DNA of 9,991 nucleotides from a virus (Duplodnaviria; Heunggongvirae; Uroviricota; Caudoviricetes): IMG/VR virus record IMGVR_UViG_2690316346_000015, positions 1 to 9,991 of that record; one strand, 5' to 3'. Shown piece by piece: positions 6,227 to 9,991 of this stretch (position 1 is its first letter; each line of letters starts with the position of its first letter). The notes under the pieces were generated by a model. It saw only the letters and a program-made list of their open reading frames with translations, ran no database searches and was not told where the DNA came from. The position numbers and the translations under genes were made by a program.

Positions 6227-8094
6227 TCATGAAGAAATCGCTCTGACCATTCCGCGATAATCCAGAGCAGCAACGCCAGCATCAATGCGGACCTTCCAGG
6301 CCACACCGTCAACAATAAAGCCCTCCTGCTGCTCAAGGTAAGGCTCGTCATTACCGTCAAGATAAGCCACCTCAATTGTGTCCGTTCCCTGTGCTGAAAG
6401 CATGTACCATTGCTTATCACTGACTTCATCAAGGCGGGGATCGACAATAATATCCAGTTGTTTGTGGTACGGGTTATATGAACCACTGTTTGTATCGGCA
6501 CCGAAAGGCGTGGTTGAGTTAACCATTTGCAACGCTCTGTCTTCCAGAGCCGCAGGAACAAGAAGGAATTTTGGCACAATATTCAGCACCTCACCGTTTT
6601 CATCCCTCTGTGTGCGCATTGCACGGCGTGCAATGCCAAGCCCTGTAGTGCTGACTCCGTTATCAATATCATTTCCGTGTTTTTTGCTGAACAGCGGTAT
6701 ACCGTCAGAAAGCTTTGTGTTTCCTGTCAGCACCAGATGAACCAGATTACCCACCGTTCTGGCGGCTGCTCGCCCCATTGCCTGTGGGATAACTGTTAAC
6801 TGATTCAGGTCATCGTTAATAATCGCCTGTCGGGTAATGCTGAAAATATTTCCGTAAGTTGCCAGCGCGATTGGTTCGCCACGGTCACTGGTGGTGATGT
6901 ATTTATATTCCGCGCCTTCCGGCACTTTGTTTAATGTAGAGAAGCCATTCAGGCCAACACGACGTGCCTCATGGAAGTTTGACAATGAACCTTTTTTCGT
7001 CCACTGGCGGAACGTTTCGCCGCTGTGTTCACGGATTTTTCAGCACCACCAGCAAGGATATAAGTAAAATCGCTGCTGCTGTGGGTGAATGCCGCGTTTA
7101 CTATCTGCGAGCGTGTGCTGTAGCTGCCTGTGCTTATGCCGCGATGGGTTAATGATGCCTGTGCCATATCGAAAAGGCTCATCATGGCGTAAGGGTTGCC
7201 GCGTTCTGCCTGTTCATGTCCCAGACGCGCATTAAGCCCCTGACGCATTGCATCGCCGGTTATGTTGCCGTTATCCGTGTACGCGTAGTAAAGATTTGCG
7301 GGGGTGGTTTTGTTTGTCGGTGTCGATTCTTTACCCATAGTGAGTAAAAGGCGTTCGCGTGCATCCTCAACGCTACAGCCTGAATCAGCAAGACAACTTA
7401 TAGCCAGGTCGTTATATCTTCCATTGAACGTGCCAAACAATTCACGTATCCCGTTGAGTCGTTCCTGTTCTCCGCTGCCAGTTTTCTGGCTGATCATGCT
7501 TTTAATATTTTCCGGCATATTCGAAAAATCTCCGATTCGTTTTGATTCAATTCTGGCCATTGCTGTAATCGCGGGTATAACCTCATCTGCGAAGCCATTA
7601 GCCTTACACTCATTGCCATCCATCCAGGTTTCCGCCTCCATCATGGCGGTGATTTCCTGTTTGCTCCTGCCCGTTCTTCCGGCGTAGGTTTCCGCCATCG
7701 TGTCGCCCAGCTTGTCCATCAGGTCAGCAAAGCGGCGAACGTCGCCCGACACTCCGGCAGTAACACCACGGGGGGCATGTATCATCATCATCGCGTTTTC
7801 AGGCATAACGATGTGATCGCCACACATGGCAATAAACGAGGCCATAGAAGCCGCCATGCCTTCAATGTGTACAATTTTCTTTGCCGGATGATTTTTCAGG
7901 GCGTTATAGATAGCCAGCCCTTCAAAGATGTCGCCACCAGGTGAATGGATGCGAAGATGGATTTCAGGCACATTACCGCACGCGTTGATCTCGTCAGTAA
8001 GTGCCGATGCTTTTACACCGTACCCGCCGATCTCGTCATAAATGCGTACATGTACAACATCAGCCATAGCCTTAATGGAAAACCATGTTTTCAT
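6227..8094 (-). pseudogene. second prohead protease-major capsid fusion gene, diverged paralog, frameshifted near 6985-7040
   Basis: ORFs 6949-8094 and 6227-6985 together align with the intact 637-aa protein and share its motifs (MAASMAS, MMMIHAP). Nucleotide comparison with 1560-1610 shows a net deletion of about 11 nt after GAACGTTTCGCCGCTGT, shifting the frame. Confidence 0.7.
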
Positions 8095-8285
8095 AGCCAG
8101 GCTCCTAACGTTGCCCTGTACCAGTATTCAACCGCGCTTCTCGCAATCTGCCCTTTCGTGGGTACTGGCATTCCAGGGTGATGACTTTTAATGAACTGCT
8201 GATAGCGTTCGAGCTTCTCCATAGTTCCGGCGTCTATGTGCACTGTTGCACTTTTATCCGGTTTTCTGCTGTTGTTCTCTGGCAT
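8091..8285 (-). CDS. small RHH-like protein, paralog of 2656-2865 (SD-supported start at 8285; ORF extends to 8318)
   Basis: Aligns with the first RHH-like protein (SATVHIDAGTMEKLERYQQ versus GGSVHLDAQTVMRLKQYR). GGAGG is 7 nt upstream of the ATG at 8283-8285. Stop overlaps the capsid paralog start. Confidence 0.5.
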   Translation of the reverse strand: MPENNSRKPDKSATVHIDAGTMEKLERYQQFIKSHHPGMPVPTKGQIARSAVEYWYRATLGAWL

Positions 8286-8441
8286 AAGTCTGCCTCCGTT
8301 ATGATTAACGGGCATCATTATTGATCGATAAAACTGGTAAATAAATCATTTTCTATCTAAAAATCAGATTATGTGTTTTCTGATTTTTGTCATACCAGCA
8401 AAAGAATTGACTAATTATTGCCACGCCAGCACAATTAAGAC

Positions 8442-8518
8442 TCATCATTTCGGTAGTGGCAGTATCCTTTGTCGCTGACAAAGCGCCTCCGGTGGCACCA
8501 TCGGGGCGCTTTTTTTTG
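8442..8518 (+). ncRNA. candidate small RNA (promoter-like element to intrinsic terminator)
   Basis: TTGACT (8407-8412), 17-nt spacer, CACAAT (8430-8435). Internal stem-loop CTTTGTC-GCT-GACAAAG. Strong plus-strand terminator at 8482-8518 (AGCGCC/CCG stem, 10-nt loop, T8). No protein-coding potential. Confidence 0.3.
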
Positions 8519-8619
8519 CGCCTGTTTTTTGTAAATGCTTTCGGGAACGTTCCGGCGTCGAACAAAAAACAACCTAATTCGACACTAAAAATTTTTATTT
8601 TGCCATATATCAATAACTT

Positions 8620-8713
8620 AAACTGGTGGTGATGGTGACATAAAAATCAAAAAATACGCCTTTTTCCGCGAACCGCCCGCCCCGTGGACAGGCCACCCCC
8701 ACCAGGAGTACCT
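8620..8713 (-). other. lambda-like cos site, copy C (cosB-like part more diverged)
   Basis: Minus strand GTAGGTACTCCTGGTGGGGGTGGCCTGTCCACG GGGCGGGCGGTT CGCGGAAAAAGGCG...TGTCACCATCACCACC. Confidence 0.55.
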
Positions 8714-8715
8714 AC

Positions 8716-8738
8716 AAAAAAGCCGGATTGCTCCGGCT
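8716..8738 (-). terminator. rho-independent terminator downstream of the SSB-like gene
   Basis: AGCCGGA-GCAA-TCCGGCT stem followed by T6 on the minus strand, 15 nt after the TAA at 8754-8756. Confidence 0.7.
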
Positions 8739-8753
8739 TCTGTCACTCGTTGC

Positions 8754-9176
8754 TTAAAACGGTATGTTATCCCCGTACGGATCATCATTCCCCGCCTGTT
8801 GTTTGGCCCTGTTCAGTGCATCAGTGGCCTGCCCCTGTTGGCCTTTTTTACCGCCCGGTCGCGCCGTTCTGGCACTGATTACACTGTCTGCGATAACCTG
8901 CCAGCCCTGCCGCGTTTCTCCGTTCTGGCCTGTCCACTGGCTTACCTGCATGTTACCCGCCACGCTCACCAGCTCGCCTTTCTGGTGCTTTGCCAGTGCG
9001 TCAGCCTGTCTGCCAAACGCCAGGACGGATAACCATATCGTCGCCGTTCCGTCATCTGCCTGGCTGCACGGCAGGGGAACCGCCATACTCGCCATCGTCA
9101 TTTGCGTACCCTTGCTGGTGGTCTTTAACTGCGGGTCAGCCACCAGCCGCCCGTAAGCCGCTATCTGTGCTGTCAT
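8754..9176 (-). CDS. ssb: single-stranded DNA-binding protein-like (OB fold with acidic C-terminal tail)
   Basis: 140-aa ORF; N-terminal YGRLVADPQLKTTSKGT and a C-terminus ending NDDPYGDNIPF, resembling the SSB DDDIPF tip. ATG overlaps the upstream gene stop (ATGA). Confidence 0.65.
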   Translation of the reverse strand: MTAQIAAYGRLVADPQLKTTSKGTQMTMASMAVPLPCSQADDGTATIWLSVLAFGRQADALAKHQKGELVSVAGNMQVSQWTGQNGETRQGWQVIADSVISARTARPGGKKGQQGQATDALNRAKQQAGNDDPYGDNIPF

Positions 9177-9418
9177 GCTGTCTGCTCTCCGGTTTTAACG
9201 TTGATGGTTGTCACCTGTTCCGCTTCGGCAATCTCCCGTTCTGTCAGCGTGGCAAAGTTTGCCGCCGTCGTGGTCATGAATGCGCTTATCAGTTCGGGAT
9301 GTGCTTTCGCGTATCCTTCCCCGGCGTTGCGGTCGATGATTTTTATCGCCACCCTCAGCCAGTGTTCTGTCAAATCAAGGGCGTGAGATTGTGGTTTTTT
9401 GGCGTGCTTCGTTGTCAC
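9173..9418 (-). CDS. hypothetical 81-aa protein, first gene of the SSB operon (GTG start)
   Basis: GAGGT SD 8 nt upstream of GTG at 9416-9418; translationally coupled to the SSB-like gene; begins directly after the iteron array. Confidence 0.45.
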   Translation of the reverse strand: MTTKHAKKPQSHALDLTEHWLRVAIKIIDRNAGEGYAKAHPELISAFMTTTAANFATLTEREIAEAEQVTTINVKTGEQTA

Positions 9419-9470
9419 AGGCTTTACCTCACAGCAATAAAATAAAATTTTTGCATTTTAACCCTTCACC

Positions 9471-9691
9471 TGTTCACCTTTTGCAATTTTCCCTTTTTAT
9501 TCATGATGTTAATGGGTTAACAGTTTCACAAAAACTATTCACCAACTGTTCACCACTGTTCACCCTTAAAGCTCAATAAAGAATCAAAAAGGTGAACAGT
9601 GAATAGTTTGGTGAACAGTTCATAAATAACTGTTCACCCTATAATATACTGATATAAAAGACATTTATTGCAGGGTGAACAGTGGTGAACA
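9471..9691. repeat. replication origin iteron array (copy 2)
   Basis: Perfect octamers at 9471, 9547, 9557, 9631 (TGTTCACC) and 9591, 9610, 9674, 9684 (GGTGAACA), plus degenerate copies at 9515 and 9536. Nearly identical to 3871-4116. Confidence 0.8.
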
Positions 9692-9721
9692 GTTATTCCA
9701 TAAGTTTAATTTTTTCCATCG

Positions 9722-9991
9722 TCATTTGTGACCTATTGCACATGATGGCATCCAGTCTTCTGAATCCTCTGTCAGGGTCACATTTGAACGCAAACCGTGC
9801 TTCGTTTTCCGTTTCATATACTCCCTGCCATATTCCGCCATTGCCCCCGGCATATCTTTACCGAAGCGCGTCAGTGTTACAGGTTTACCGAATCCGTGTG
9901 CCCTCATATATGCCAGATAGGCGTGATAAAGATACCTGCGCGGACTGAACGGAATAATTTCGGCATTACCCACTAACAGACCATCACACAT
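9722..9991 (-). CDS. P4-family replication protein, second copy; C-terminal 89 aa only, 5' end beyond the window
   Basis: Translation MCDGLLVGNAEIIPFSPRRYLYHAYLAYMRAHGFGKPVTLTRFGKDMPGAM... is near-identical to the C-terminus of the 4117-5499 protein but diverges in the last few residues; TGA at 9722-9724. Confidence 0.8.
   Translation of the reverse strand: MCDGLLVGNAEIIPFSPRRYLYHAYLAYMRAHGFGKPVTLTRFGKDMPGAMAEYGREYMKRKTKHGLRSNVTLTEDSEDWMPSCAIGHK

Noticed and set aside
5895-6260. 121-aa plus-strand ORF spanning cos B and the capsid-2 terminator
   Set aside because: Same argument as for 512-769: low-complexity, proline/arginine-rich translation of a conserved non-coding element.
6064-6799. 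171-aa minus-strand ORF and two plus-strand ORFs overlapping the capsid-2 C-terminal region
   Set aside because: The capsid-homologous frame (6227-6985) accounts for this region; the alternatives are off-frame and show no homology to the intact copy.
8353-8613. 86-aa minus-strand ORF in the AT-rich region between cos C and the second RHH gene
   Set aside because: Low-complexity translation (KKKRPDGATGG) with no RBS; it overlaps the promoter-like and terminator-like elements of the candidate sRNA, so it is more likely non-coding.
1-9991. Integrase, att sites, tRNA or rRNA genes
   Set aside because: I found no tyrosine or serine recombinase-like ORF and no tRNA-like or rRNA-like sequence in the window. 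The element boundaries must lie outside it.

Overview
Almost entirely minus-strand window that reads as a mosaic phage-satellite region (cos-type PICI / P4-like) with its modules present more than once. Visible modules are: (i) a P4-family replication protein (D5_N plus P-loop helicase) followed directly by an array of TGTTCACC iterons, present twice (4117-5499 with 3882-4102; 9722-9991 partial with 9471-9691); (ii) a small ribbon-helix-helix-like gene translationally coupled to a ClpP-like prohead protease / HK97-fold major capsid fusion gene, present twice (intact at 746-2865; diverged and frameshifted at 6227-8285); (iii) a rho-independent terminator followed by a lambda-like cos site, present three times (about 620-738, 6100-6220, 8620-8738), with the leftmost copy directly upstream of a Nu1-like small terminase gene (3-488). 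The slot between the iteron origin and the capsid operon holds different cargo in the two copies: in copy 1 a strongly AT-rich, opposite-strand 180-aa gene of unknown function (3012-3554), and in copy 2 an 81-aa gene plus an SSB-like gene and a possible small RNA. No integrase, att site, tRNA, rRNA or CRISPR array is visible. The AT-rich cargo gene is my best candidate for an undescribed accessory (defence or anti-defence) function, and the triple-cos modular arrangement is the most unusual structural feature. All functional calls are from reading the translations and motifs by eye; no searches were run.
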